From a bacterium (GTDB lineage: Bacteria; Patescibacteriota; Microgenomatia; UBA8517), in the NCBI GenBank assembly GCA_021790215.1, contig JAJYIG010000003.1:1-42406 (forward strand): a DNA stretch of 42,406 nt, given 5' to 3'. The position numbers were made by a program, and so were the translations under genes. Positions 27,614-36,836 of this stretch are shown in pieces (positions within the stretch are counted from its first letter, which is position 1; each line of letters begins with the position of its first letter). The notes beneath the pieces are model-generated. The model did no database searches. It was not told the DNA's origin and was given only the letters and a program-made list of their open reading frames with translations.

Positions 27614-27975
27614 TTTTCCTCCACTCCCTTCGGTCTGCCATAGCTTTTAGCGGTGGCGACCTTTTTTGGAATCCTAAAAAGCAAATCTGTAATTCTTCTG
27701 CCTTCCGGAGTCAGAGAATAAAATACATTCAACCCTTGTTTACTACTCTTGACAATTCCTTCAGCCTTCAAGTCCTTCAGATGATGAGAGATTAGGCTCT
27801 GCGAGGCTTTAGTGTGGTCGTTTATTTCACAAACACAGTGCTCACCTTGCCTTAAAATGCATAAGATTTGCAAGCGACTACCCTCCCCTACAAGCTGCAA
27901 TATTGAGGAAATTGAACCAACTTTTTTATATTCATCTTTGTCTGGCGAGCAACAACTATATGAACTCATATTCAT
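27610..27975 (-). CDS. ArsR/SmtB-family repressor
   Basis: SRLQIL, EHCVCEI, SQSLISHHLKDLK; N-terminal CC; start 27975 or 27969. Confidence 0.92.
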   Translation of the reverse strand: MNMSSYSCCSPDKDEYKKVGSISSILQLVGEGSRLQILCILRQGEHCVCEINDHTKASQSLISHHLKDLKAEGIVKSSKQGLNVFYSLTPEGRRITDLLFRIPKKVATAKSYGRPKGVEEK

Positions 27976-27981
27976 ATAGTT
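27954..27981. promoter_or_regulatory. ArsR operator, perfect 11-6-11 inverted repeat over the start codon
   Basis: AACTATATGAA-CTCATA-TTCATATAGTT. Confidence 0.7.
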
Positions 27982-28025
27982 TATACTTGAAATTTTCTTT
28001 TGCAAGAGGCGATTTTAGATTCCTG

Positions 28026-28430
28026 TTACACTTTTTGAAGTACCCCACAATACTTACACCTTTTTGCTGTTAGAGGAATCTGGCTCAGACACTCCGGACA
28101 GACTTTTTCTGTAACGTCAACTTTCTGTCCTTTATTAATACGTGCCGTAATTTTATTCATCGGCATAACTATCAAGAAGTAAACAACGGAGGCAGTAATC
28201 AAAAAAGAAACGAGTGAATTGACAAAATCGCCAACCATAAATTTGCTGTTATTGATAGTAAAATACAGCTGCGAAAAATCAGCTTCGCCACCAAAAGCTG
28301 CAATAAAAGGCGTTATAACGTCCTTTACAAGTGAGGTAACAATTCCATTGAAGGCTGCTCCAATAACGACAGCTACTGCCAAATCAATAACGTTTCCCCT
28401 TAAAATAAAATCTCTGAAACCTTTAAACAT
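28026..28430 (-). CDS. mscL: Large-conductance mechanosensitive channel with C-terminal CxxC..CxxC
   Basis: FRDFILRGNVIDLAVAVVIGAAF; CPEC...CKYC tail. Confidence 0.95.
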   Translation of the reverse strand: MFKGFRDFILRGNVIDLAVAVVIGAAFNGIVTSLVKDVITPFIAAFGGEADFSQLYFTINNSKFMVGDFVNSLVSFLITASVVYFLIVMPMNKITARINKGQKVDVTEKVCPECLSQIPLTAKRCKYCGVLQKV

Positions 28431-28542
28431 CTTCTCACTTCAAATATTATATATTTTCCCTTCATAAATCAAATCTATTTTCGACAATTTAAGTTTTGTT
28501 TCAGCTTCCAAACGATAGAATTAGGCTTTACTTAACTTTTTT

Positions 28543-29472
28543 ATGATATCCAAGAAAACCAGACCAATATATAACAAAACCGTTACGATCTTGCCGATAG
28601 TTTTTATGGCCGCTATCTCTTTTTACATGATTTCTCATAGAATCTGGTTTTCTCCGGACCAATTTTTTATCTTTGCTTTGGTGGGAGTAATGTTTATAGG
28701 AAGGGTAAAGCTTTTCATCTTGGATTGGGGACCGTTTATGCTTTTGTACCTAAGTTATGAATTCTTGAGAGGGTTGGTCCCTTTCATCAGCAAACATGTC
28801 AATATCTTTCCAATGGTCAATATGGACGAGAAGATCTTTGGTTTTATTCCAACAGTCAAATTACAAAGTCTTTTTTATAATCCTATAAATCTTCATTGGT
28901 ATGATTACGTTGCCGTCACCCTTTATATCTGCCATTTTGTCACGCCAATGATTGTGGCTTTTATCTTTTGGATGAAAGACAGGCAGATTTTCAAAAGATA
29001 CACTCTGGCTTTACTTATTCTTTCCTATGCCGCATTTTTAACATACATAATTTATCCCGCAATGCCTCCCTGGATGGCATCAAGTTACGGATATATTCCG
29101 CCGATTAAAGAGGTTACGGGAGTAGTAATGTCTCACTTTTTCACTACCCCGTTTCATCTACCGTCCCTCTATTCAATAATGGATGCCAATCCTGTTGCAG
29201 CAATGCCGTCTCTCCATTCTGCTTTCCCAATGTTGATACTACTTTATCTTGTTAGAAAATATAAAGTGTCGGGGCTATTATTTTTGCCCTATGCTATGGG
29301 AGTATGATTTGCAGTAATGTACCTAGGCGAACACTACTTTACAGATGTTGTGGCCGGAATAATTTATGCCACAGCCTCATTTATCTTGGTTGAATGGGGT
29401 TTAAAGAAAATCTCCTATTTGATCCCTGATAAGGTCTTGCAAAATAGGTATGTCGGGTTGCTATACAGATAA
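28543..29472 (+). pseudogene. PAP2/Aur1-like phosphoesterase with one in-frame TGA (29305-29307)
   Basis: YPAMPPW and AAMPSLHSA before the stop; YLGEHYFTDVVAG in the same frame after it; frame ends at TAA 29470-29472. Confidence 0.8.
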
Positions 29473-29484
29473 GTACTACAAAAG

Positions 29485-30321
29485 TTACGGCGTTGGGGTG
29501 GGAGTAGGAGTTGCAGTTGGTGTCGGAGTCGGGGTACCAGTAGGAGTAGCTGTCGGTGTCGGAGTAGGAGTACTTGTTGCAGACGGAGTCGGTGTCGCAG
29601 TTGCCACAGGAATCGGGGTCTGGCCAACTCTAAGCCCAGTAATAATAACTACTTGCTGTGATTGGTAAGAGCTTGGATCTACTTGTTGGACATTTTGATA
29701 AATTTGAGACAATTCCTGAGTAATATCGGCCGAAATGCTCTGGTCAACACTTGATAGGTATGAAACTGTAGTTGAGGTGTGATTGGCAGTAGTATTTCCC
29801 AAAGTTATACCTGAATAGCCTAACACACTTAACTTAGTCTGGAGATAGGCAGCTTCTCCCATAATTCCCGTCCCGTTCTCAATTAAAATAGTGATGTTAC
29901 TTTTACCGGATGCAGGAGTCGCAACTGGTGTAGATAAATTAACATCGGCCGGTGTCGGTGCAACTGTTGCATCTGGCGTAGCGGCGGGTGCACCGGATCC
30001 TCTTGCAAGTCTACTGGAAAGTACCGCACCAAAGATAACTCCAGAAGCAATAATGATTGCGCCAACAATAAAAAGAATGCCGTTTGTCTTTTTTCCAGGC
30101 GCCTGGAAATTAGGGTTTATGCCATTTCCATCAACCTGTGGGCGAAAACTCCCTGGCTGACGATGACTACGGAAATCCGTAGGGAGTGGTCTTAAAACTC
30201 TTGTCGAAGAATTTACAGGTTGGCTCTGGGTCGGTAATGGGTTCACAACTGGAGTATTCCCAAGATTATTGCCAGCTGTAACCGGGGGTTGGAAACTACT
30301 ATTCGTCTGGTCATTTTGCAT
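29485..30321 (-). CDS. Membrane-anchored LytR C-terminal-domain protein with Pro/Thr tail
   Basis: TM, ILIENGTGIMGEAA..L..LGY...GN, VVIITG; start uncertain, set to ATG 30321. Confidence 0.8.
   Translation of the reverse strand: MQNDQTNSSFQPPVTAGNNLGNTPVVNPLPTQSQPVNSSTRVLRPLPTDFRSHRQPGSFRPQVDGNGINPNFQAPGKKTNGILFIVGAIIIASGVIFGAVLSSRLARGSGAPAATPDATVAPTPADVNLSTPVATPASGKSNITILIENGTGIMGEAAYLQTKLSVLGYSGITLGNTTANHTSTTVSYLSSVDQSISADITQELSQIYQNVQQVDPSSYQSQQVVIITGLRVGQTPIPVATATPTPSATSTPTPTPTATPTGTPTPTPTATPTPTPTP
29488..29612 (-). repeat. Low-complexity (PT/AT)n coding repeat
   Basis: TPTPSATSTPTPTPTATP... with varied codons. Confidence 0.8.
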
Positions 30322-30403
30322 GCCTGATGTATCGTATTTAATTTTCCTGAGTTCCATCTTAAATATTTTGAGGCCCATCCAAATGGGTCTAACTATCATA
30401 ACA

Positions 30404-31438
30404 CTACCCTGTCAATTTACTAAGATGCGGTAACTTGTGAACTAAATAAGCGATAAGTAGAGAGGTTGAGGATGTCAATATAAATATAAGTGGATCGAAG
30501 ATAAATCTTCCAAAGATGTTCCCACTAATTAGATTAAATAGACCATTTCCGATATATCTCCAGACATATTCCAAGATTGCAACATGGATAAAGAAAACAA
30601 AAAAGGATAGTCCTGACAACTTTTCGAAAAATGCAGACTGAAATCGTTTCTGCCCAAAAAGATAAAACAGGAAAGCGCCAAGGCAAACGGTATAAATTAA
30701 AATGTCCGGCCTCCATTGCGAATAAAACGCTTTTATATCAAACGTCCTGAAATAAAGATACCTGCCTTGGGCGGTAATAAAGAAACCCAAAATTCCAATC
30801 CCAAGCAGTAGATATTTTTTAGTTCTCACAACAAATTCGGTAATCCGGTCTTTGTGGCGGGCAGCAATCATCCCAATGATAAATACAAAATAGGCAAGAA
30901 TCGCAACGCGAATCGGATCCGGATAGGTAAACTCCTTAACATAATAGTCATACAACAAAAAACCGATTTGGGAAACAAGAAGAAGCCCTAAAATCCATTT
31001 GTTAGAAACAAAATTATAAAATTTATGAAGCAAGGGAAATATTAAATAAAAAATGCAAAGCGTGGGAATAAAATAAAGTTGATATGATGCACCACCGGTT
31101 AAAAGTGCATAGAAAAATTTTTCATTATTTCCTGTATAAATCAAAAAGAAATAAAAGGTGCTCCAGAAAACATATGGAATAAAAATTCTACTGAAGCGTC
31201 TTTTTAAATAATAGAGAAAATTTGGATGGAAATCATAGTTTAATTCCAGAGTAAATCCTGAAATCATAAAAAACATTGGTACTGCAAATCGGACTATTTG
31301 ATCCAAAAAGAGAGTCCATATGAATCCGTTCAGGTGAAACCCAGCAACCTCAAGGGTACGGGTGGTTGTATGAATCATTACAACTCCCAAGATAGAAATA
31401 AGTCTTATATAGTCGATTGGTTTAATATGCTCTTTCAT
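30404..31438 (-). CDS. Acyltransferase-3 family (OafA/YiaH-like)
   Basis: IDYIR..SILGVVMIH, FAVPMFFMISG, KRRFSRIFIPY, YQLYF, SF..F.IH. Confidence 0.9.
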   Translation of the reverse strand: MKEHIKPIDYIRLISILGVVMIHTTTRTLEVAGFHLNGFIWTLFLDQIVRFAVPMFFMISGFTLELNYDFHPNFLYYLKRRFSRIFIPYVFWSTFYFFLIYTGNNEKFFYALLTGGASYQLYFIPTLCIFYLIFPLLHKFYNFVSNKWILGLLLVSQIGFLLYDYYVKEFTYPDPIRVAILAYFVFIIGMIAARHKDRITEFVVRTKKYLLLGIGILGFFITAQGRYLYFRTFDIKAFYSQWRPDILIYTVCLGAFLFYLFGQKRFQSAFFEKLSGLSFFVFFIHVAILEYVWRYIGNGLFNLISGNIFGRFIFDPLIFILTSSTSLLIAYLVHKLPHLSKLTG

Positions 31439-31447
31439 TTACGAAGA

Positions 31448-32458
31448 TTATTTTAGATAGTGATTGAAGAAATTGATAGTCCTTTGCATAGCAATTTCAA
31501 AGCTTTGGTTGATATCATGATTTGCCCCGGGATATTCATAAAGGGCGGCAACCTTGCCGGCAGCTTTAAGTTTAGTGTAAAGACTCTCCGAAAAAACCGG
31601 CGGAACCTGCGTGTCATTAAGCCCTACCGAAAGCTGCAACGGCGCATTGATATCACTCACAAAATGGGTCGGGTCCACTGAATTCCAAAAATCCGGATTC
31701 TGACCCGGTGTTCCATAAAGTCCCAACAAAGTGTTAAGGTTTTTGGTCCTCAGAGCCACATCTTCCGCATTTGGTTCATAGGAAACATCACCCTGCCAAT
31801 TGAAAATTATGTCATTGCAGTCTCCGACCACCCCGCTCCAGATTGCTGCCGCTTTTATATCTTTTGTATCGACAACCAAATCTCTAATAGTGATGTTGCC
31901 TCCCATTGAATGTCCCCAAACACCAATTTTTTCCGGGTTAACTTCTTTAAATTTCTTAATGGAGGAAATGGCATTTAGATCGTCAATCGTGTAATCGGGC
32001 ATAAAGTATGGGTTTCCCGGACTGCCCTCCGATTTACCATTGCCACGGTAATCAGGTTTAAAAACAACATACCCATTCCTGGCAAAAGCATCCATATAGG
32101 GAATGTAGTTTCCCTCAGGGGTATAGAGTTCTGGTATGATATAGCCATGATTCAAAACTATGGCAGGAAATCCCTTAGTAGGCACTCTGCCTTTTGGAAC
32201 AAGTAGAAGTGCATAGATTTTTAACCCATCGGATTCATAAGAAGCAATGTATCTATTGTAAGTGACGGCTGGATTTAGAGTCTGTTCGATAGTGATGTCA
32301 CTCCCCGGGTAGCTTCTCTCACGCATAGCCTGAATTGCTAAAGGGTTTAACTGAGAAGGTGTGTTTCGGCTAAAAAAGACTTGAAAAGGAGCAAAAATTC
32401 CGGCAAAGAAAGTTGTAAAAGTTAAAAAATAGGAAATCAGTAGATGAATGGCAGTCAT
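31448..32458 (-). CDS. Exported S9-like alpha/beta hydrolase
   Basis: NHGY, PDYRGNG.S, GHSMGG, D.QVP, GANH. Confidence 0.9.
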   Translation of the reverse strand: MTAIHLLISYFLTFTTFFAGIFAPFQVFFSRNTPSQLNPLAIQAMRERSYPGSDITIEQTLNPAVTYNRYIASYESDGLKIYALLLVPKGRVPTKGFPAIVLNHGYIIPELYTPEGNYIPYMDAFARNGYVVFKPDYRGNGKSEGSPGNPYFMPDYTIDDLNAISSIKKFKEVNPEKIGVWGHSMGGNITIRDLVVDTKDIKAAAIWSGVVGDCNDIIFNWQGDVSYEPNAEDVALRTKNLNTLLGLYGTPGQNPDFWNSVDPTHFVSDINAPLQLSVGLNDTQVPPVFSESLYTKLKAAGKVAALYEYPGANHDINQSFEIAMQRTINFFNHYLK

Positions 32459-32565
32459 TTTTTAATTATATAGTCATCTCGAATCAAAACACCAGCTGTC
32501 CAAACCGTGCTTTTGAGATATCGGCCATTGAATTAAAGACCTTTTTCTTTTAGAATTTGATCTTT

Positions 32566-33804
32566 ATGCAAAAATTATTTAATCATAAAAATGACAAGTT
32601 GATTTTCATCCTTGTCACAATGTTTTTAAATTTCCTGGGATTTTCAATCATTATTCCAATCTTACCGTTTTTGATCCAGGAATTTGTCCCCAATACAAAC
32701 AGTTTAGCCATTTACGTAGGAATAGTCTTCTCCACATACGCTCTCTGTCAATTTTTGGCAGCTCCAGGCCTCGGAGCCTTAAGTGATCTTTGGGGCAGGC
32801 GACCAATACTTCTTATAAGTTTACTTGGATCAATTGTTGGGTATCTATTTTTGGCTCTTGGGGGAAGCTTCTGGATGATTCTTGTGGGGCGTATTATTGA
32901 TGGGTTCACGGGTGGAAATATTTCAACGGTCTACGCATATCTGGCGGATATCACAGACCCAAAGGAAAGGAGCAAATATTACGGAATGGTCGGGGCTGCA
33001 GGAGGGTTCGGTTTCATGGTAGGCCCTGCCATAGGAGGAATTTTAGGTGCAGCCCATTTAACCCTTCCACTTTTCCTTGCCGCCGGAATAACACTTCTAA
33101 ACATGATCTGGGGGTATTTTGTGTTACCTGAAAGTCTTAAAGACGAACACAAGCTCAAAAAATTCGAGATCAAGTATCTCAATCCGTTGGGTCACCTTTT
33201 TGATCTATTTTCAATTGAAATTCTGGCCAAACTTTTTTCCGTCAGCTTAATATTCTTCTTTGCTTTTAACGCAATTTACGGAATTACATCTGTATTTTCC
33301 AAAAATGTCTTGGGTTGGGGAACTACAGGAATCGGAATAATGCTATTTGTCGTTGGGGTAATTGACATATTTTCTCAGGGATTTTTAATAAGAAAAATGA
33401 TCCCAATTTTCGGAGAAATTAAGCTTTCAATAATGGGTCTTATCTTGGCTGCTTTCGGAGTTGCACTTGTTGCAACAACTTCAATTACTCTCTCGGAAAT
33501 GGTTTTTTATATTGGTTTTATTATTCTTAATATAGGCGACGGTCTCTTGGAGCCATCCGTCTCCGGGCTTATAGCAAATTCTGTTGGGCCAAAAATGCAA
33601 GGAAGGGTTCAGGGTGCAAATCAGAGTGTCCAAGCAGTAGCAAGAATCTTAGGGCCGCTTTTTGCTGCATGGGCTTATGGAATTTGGAAAGGTCTTCCCT
33701 TTGCATCAGGATCTATCTTCTTCATAATCTCTGTGGCAATTTTATTCTTAGCCATTCCGGCAATAAAAAATCACAAAGTTAAAGATGCTTTTGCAAAGTC
33801 TTAG
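32566..33804 (+). CDS. MFS drug:H+ antiporter (TetA/DHA1-like)
   Basis: GALSDLWGRRPILL, GRIIDGFTGG, GFMVGPAIGG. Confidence 0.9.
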   Translation: MQKLFNHKNDKLIFILVTMFLNFLGFSIIIPILPFLIQEFVPNTNSLAIYVGIVFSTYALCQFLAAPGLGALSDLWGRRPILLISLLGSIVGYLFLALGGSFWMILVGRIIDGFTGGNISTVYAYLADITDPKERSKYYGMVGAAGGFGFMVGPAIGGILGAAHLTLPLFLAAGITLLNMIWGYFVLPESLKDEHKLKKFEIKYLNPLGHLFDLFSIEILAKLFSVSLIFFFAFNAIYGITSVFSKNVLGWGTTGIGIMLFVVGVIDIFSQGFLIRKMIPIFGEIKLSIMGLILAAFGVALVATTSITLSEMVFYIGFIILNIGDGLLEPSVSGLIANSVGPKMQGRVQGANQSVQAVARILGPLFAAWAYGIWKGLPFASGSIFFIISVAILFLAIPAIKNHKVKDAFAKS

Positions 33805-34052
33805 GAAATATCCTTTTTCATCTGATCAAACTCTTTCTTATTGATTTCTCCTTTTGCGTAACGCTCCTTCAAAATCTTCAAGGCGTTATCTGATTTATCT
33901 TCATTAGTTTCACTTTCGCCATGTCCTCCGGATACAAACCATTTGATTAGACCGACAACTAAAAGTATCAGAAGAACCCAAAAAACAATACCAATTATTG
34001 AACCGAAGATTGATATTCCGGGGCCAAATCCCCAACCGTAATAACCCATCAT
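33801..34052 (-). CDS. SHOCT-domain membrane protein
   Basis: ALKILKERYAKGEI.K.EF; GGAGG RBS before ATG 34052. Confidence 0.88.
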   Translation of the reverse strand: MMGYYGWGFGPGISIFGSIIGIVFWVLLILLVVGLIKWFVSGGHGESETNEDKSDNALKILKERYAKGEINKKEFDQMKKDIS

Positions 34053-34147
34053 TTTATTACCTCCTCCATAAGTAACTATTCTAATCAAATCTTCTGAAAG
34101 ACAGCTGAGACCTGACTGGCCAGACCAGATCATTTCTTTATCAAATT

Positions 34148-34354
34148 TTACTTTTTAAGCGTGGATATCTTGAAAAGTTTGTAAATAGCACAAAACCCGC
34201 TTATTCCAGTTACAAGAGCGATGGTACCTAAAACATATCCTAAAATCTGAACGGTCCCGGCTAGTGCGGAATAGGAAACATATAAAAAGAAAATACCCAC
34301 CACAACCCGAATTGCTCTATCTAAAGAGCTTTCATTCTGATATTTTTTCATCAT
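34148..34354 (-). CDS. DUF2892/YgaP-like membrane protein
   Basis: NE..LDRAIR, TG..GFCAIY.LF.IST. Confidence 0.88.
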   Translation of the reverse strand: MMKKYQNESSLDRAIRVVVGIFFLYVSYSALAGTVQILGYVLGTIALVTGISGFCAIYKLFKISTLKK

Positions 34355-34448
34355 TAATCACCCCCTAAAATAATATATTAGTGTTTACTAATATTATGTC
34401 AATTAGCAACTTCCTAATGTGTATTCTTATTATATAATCAAGCAGCAA

Positions 34449-35024
34449 ATGATTTATAAAAAAAGGCTATTTAAAAACGAGGAAATTGATGGAGAAGATT
34501 TTGAAAATGTGATTTTTGAAACATGTAAATTCGTCGGATTAGATTTCAAATTTGTCAACTTCAAAAGCTGCATTTTTAAAGATTGCGACTTTTCAGAAAG
34601 TTTTTTAACCTCGGTAGACCTTTCAAGTTGCAAGTTTCCCGGATCTAAACTAAGTTTCTTGGATTTTGGAAACGCTTCGATACTAAACTGTGACTTTTCC
34701 GATTCTATCGCCGAAAATTGCATTTTCCAAAAATTGAAAGGCGGCAGCAAAAGCGAAAGAAAATTAATGAATCTAACAAGCTGTAAATTTGAAAATACCA
34801 ACCTTTCCGGTACTATTTTTGCATTTTGTAATCTGGAAAAATTAAGGTTTACAAATTCAGACCTGACAGGAGCGGTATTCGATAAATGTAATTTAGAAGA
34901 AACTGATTTTACCGGTGCAAAACTTCCGGGAACAGGTTTTACCGACTGCAAAGTCAAAAAAACCTATCTCGACATGAACGGCTTTATCGACTTGGGGAAT
35001 TCAAAGGGGTTTGTGATGAGATAA
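34449..35024 (+). CDS. Pentapeptide repeat protein
   Basis: Recurring F..C.F / L..A.F pentapeptides. Confidence 0.9.
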   Translation: MIYKKRLFKNEEIDGEDFENVIFETCKFVGLDFKFVNFKSCIFKDCDFSESFLTSVDLSSCKFPGSKLSFLDFGNASILNCDFSDSIAENCIFQKLKGGSKSERKLMNLTSCKFENTNLSGTIFAFCNLEKLRFTNSDLTGAVFDKCNLEETDFTGAKLPGTGFTDCKVKKTYLDMNGFIDLGNSKGFVMR

Positions 35025-35028
35025 CTTC

Positions 35029-35718
35029 TTAATACTGCGGATATTTCTCTCCTTGAAGAGTCTCTTTCCAAAAACGCTCCGGATTAAATTCCACTCCAAA
35101 AACTTCCTTCAAAACAACTTTTGCTATATATGCATTACCTAGTTGGTTTGGATGAGTCGAATCAGGAGCTCCCTTTTCCTTAAATGTAAAAAACTTTTCT
35201 AAGGGAAATCTCTTAAAAATTTTCAACATGTTAATCAATCGGAGTCCTTTCTTTTCCTGAATCTCAAGGAGTGCGTCTGCATAAGTACCATAAACTTTGT
35301 TCCTCTCCTCATTAATCGAAAGGGTCGATGTGCACCACACAACATTTGTTTTTACTTTATTAATTATTTCTTCGATGTTGGCAACATGCTTTTCAGGACT
35401 TATCCCAAATTTCACATCATTACTTCCCATAATGCTTATTAACATATCGGGGTGAACCAGATTTATATCGCTAACTTTATCTAAGATATCTTTTGTAGTT
35501 GCCCCATCGTAACCAAAGTTGTAGCACCGAATCCCCCAGGAAGGAATTCTCCAATTTTCTCCATACTCTCTTTCCAGCTCTTCTTTCAATACATATTCAA
35601 CGATCTCTCTCCAGTTTGGGTGAACCCATTCACAAGAAGTCTTAGAATCCCCAACAAAGGCGATCCAAAATTTTTTCTTGCGTTCAACCAAATCAGATAT
35701 TTCTTTAAGAGAAACCAT
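35029..35718 (-). CDS. SGNH/GDSL hydrolase
   Basis: FVGDS, N.G.DG, GSND, DSTHPN blocks. Confidence 0.9.
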   Translation of the reverse strand: MVSLKEISDLVERKKKFWIAFVGDSKTSCEWVHPNWREIVEYVLKEELEREYGENWRIPSWGIRCYNFGYDGATTKDILDKVSDINLVHPDMLISIMGSNDVKFGISPEKHVANIEEIINKVKTNVVWCTSTLSINEERNKVYGTYADALLEIQEKKGLRLINMLKIFKRFPLEKFFTFKEKGAPDSTHPNQLGNAYIAKVVLKEVFGVEFNPERFWKETLQGEKYPQY

Positions 35719-35790
35719 ACCCCAATTCTAAATCAGACTCACGGGAGACGCAATGCTAGCCGAAGATCACCCTATCAATCAAGTCTTCCT

Positions 35791-35815
35791 TTTACGATGC
35801 ATTAATGTATAATAA
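35791..35815 (+). repeat. 25-bp direct repeat copy 1, upstream of TrpR-like gene
   Basis: TTTACGATGCATTAATGTATAATAA identical to 36234-36258; contains TATAAT 6 nt before ATG 35820. Confidence 0.92.
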
Positions 35816-35819
35816 GAGT

Positions 35820-36230
35820 ATGCCACAAGTCTCAAAACGCAAAATTGAACCACGGATTGAAAAGAATCTTCTGGATTCACTCTCCTATTCAATCAAGGAA
35901 CTAAAAACAAAAATCGAAGTTGATAAATTTTTACAGTCCACACTCACTAAAACAGAAAGATTAATGATAGCAAAAAGAGTTCTAACTGCTTATTTGCTAG
36001 ATAATGGGGTAGAAGAAACAAAAATTAGTCATTCCTTAAAATTAACCAATGCAACAATTACTAGATTTAAAATGTGGATTAAACTTCACAAAGAGGGATT
36101 TGATCTGGTTTTCAGAAAATTACGAAAAAAGAGCGCAGAGGACATGGGGAAGCAAATACTTAATAAACTTCTAAGATATGCTTCAAGTGCCGCTTTTGGC
36201 AAGACTCCAAATCCATTCAAAATTCCCTAA
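35820..36230 (+). CDS. TrpR-like (YerC/YecD) HTH protein
   Basis: FL...LT.TER.MIAKR......L..G.....I...L....ATITR; start set to ATG 35820 (MPQVSK). Confidence 0.82.
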   Translation: MPQVSKRKIEPRIEKNLLDSLSYSIKELKTKIEVDKFLQSTLTKTERLMIAKRVLTAYLLDNGVEETKISHSLKLTNATITRFKMWIKLHKEGFDLVFRKLRKKSAEDMGKQILNKLLRYASSAAFGKTPNPFKIP

Positions 36231-36233
36231 TCC

Positions 36234-36258
36234 TTTACGATGCATTAATGTATAATAA
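36234..36258 (+). repeat. 25-bp direct repeat copy 2, 3 bp after TrpR-like stop
   Basis: Identical to 35791-35815. Confidence 0.92.
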
Positions 36259-36327
36259 TAAAAGTAATATCATTGAACCTAACCAAGAAAGCTTGCGGCG
36301 TAATACGAACCCCAAATTTCGAAAACG

Positions 36328-36789
36328 TCAAATTTCCCCCGTGATGTAGTGAATCTGAAGATTAAAATTCTTGGCGTTATTGTGCTCACTAATTGAACCT
36401 TTCGAAATCTCCCATCTGGGAGTCATAAAGATATCAGTTACATATCCCGATCCCAAAATATCTCTCCAAAATTCTTCCCAGTCGGCCGCAGCAATTTTCT
36501 CCATACCGAGTTTTGTAAATAAGTCATCACTAATTACATCCGTTGAAGCAAAAATCGGAAAATTATTTTTTGAACGGATATCATCTGCGTATCTTATTAG
36601 TCTCTTGACATTCTTGTCGATATTTTCTGGCCCTTCCGAAGTAATAAGCCCCGCAACATAGCCAATTCTCTCAACTCCATTTTCCCTAGCGGATTTAAGA
36701 ACATTAAGCAGGATTGTCTTAACCTCTTCTATGTTTTTTGCACTGGTAACAGCTTCTCCAATCTCTTTTTGAATCTCTTTTCCTGCCAT
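36328..36789 (-). CDS. DUF4406/nucleoside deoxyribosyltransferase-like protein
   Basis: YVAGLITS and IFMTPRWEISKGSISEH motifs. Confidence 0.7.
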   Translation of the reverse strand: MAGKEIQKEIGEAVTSAKNIEEVKTILLNVLKSARENGVERIGYVAGLITSEGPENIDKNVKRLIRYADDIRSKNNFPIFASTDVISDDLFTKLGMEKIAAADWEEFWRDILGSGYVTDIFMTPRWEISKGSISEHNNAKNFNLQIHYITGEI

Positions 36790-36836
36790 TTGTCCAATTA
36801 TATCATCCCGGATTTCTTAAGCGCTAAATCTTGCAG

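Noticed and set aside
28026-28110. MscL zinc-ribbon tail as a novelty
   Set aside because: MscL proteins with a C-terminal CxxC..CxxC extension are a familiar variant
29305-29307. Alternative genetic code or selenocysteine at the internal TGA
   Set aside because: TGA ends complete genes elsewhere (4001-4003, 9320-9322), Trp is TGG throughout, and the position is not a Cys-like site
29488-29612. Short tandem repeats as CRISPR or VNTR
   Set aside because: Degenerate codons of a Pro/Thr linker; no repeat-spacer structure and no cas genes in the window
35795-35822. dif-like site (TAATGTATA matches the dif centre)
   Set aside because: The XerD arm TTATGTTAAAT is absent and the sequence after the repeat differs between the two copies
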